A stretch of DNA of 34,141 nt from Bacteroidales bacterium (lineage in GTDB: Bacteria; Bacteroidota; Bacteroidia; Bacteroidales; CAIWKO01), in the NCBI GenBank assembly GCA_035403765.1, contig DAONFU010000005.1:1-34141 (forward strand), given 5' to 3'. Made by a program: the position numbers and the translations under genes. Shown one piece after another: positions 34,044 through 34,141 of this stretch (position 1 is the stretch's first letter; the number at the start of each line of letters is the position of its first letter). The notes under the pieces were generated by a model that worked only from the letters and a program-made list of their open reading frames with translations, searched no databases and was not told the origin of the DNA.

Positions 34044-34141
34044 CCCGAGGAGGTGGAGTTTCTTTTCAGACTTTGTTTTTAATCATATACAGCTTGTCGC
34101 CACGATGTACTTCCGAATGAAGAGGTATTGAACAGATATGG

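Overview
This window looks like Bacteroidota chromosome. Supporting signs are an OmpH/Skp-like protein, a PD40/TPR OmpA-family protein, Mla-type ABC genes, lipoprotein signal peptides and TAnnTTTG-type -7 boxes. Most of it is housekeeping: recQ, an OmpH-like gene, mlaEF, cvpA, pgk, a Nit-family amidase, tRNA-Lys(CTT), glnA, a GT4 glycosyltransferase, mutS2, thioredoxin, a UbiA prenyltransferase, and TPR and OmpA-family envelope proteins. Three parts stand out. (1) A visibly AT-rich ~7.7 kb accessory segment (about 4.7-12.5 kb) is bounded by an inverted ~90 bp repeat pair. It carries a tight GT2 / small membrane protein / B12-radical SAM operon and a large multi-TM protein whose first loop carries FHFDDDHAIVNN and whose C-terminus is TPR, resembling eukaryotic TMTC O-mannosyltransferases. 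Around these are decayed paralogues, a frameshifted polysaccharide deacetylase and a MITE-like palindrome. I read the intact core as a candidate, uncharacterised three-component (lipid-carrier dependent) periplasmic glycosylation system. (2) Immediately next to it is an intact gatE-gatD pair, the archaeal-type Glu-tRNA(Gln) amidotransferase, which is unexpected in a bacterial context. (3) Several small non-coding or micro-ORF oddities: a 16-17 copy heptanucleotide tandem array (YACTTKC)n, two overlapping paralogous mini-lipoprotein genes sharing a CPTFSQ motif upstream of a SprT-like metalloprotease, and a ~700 bp structured non-coding stretch upstream of glnA. All functional calls come from reading motifs in the supplied translations. 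No database search was run.
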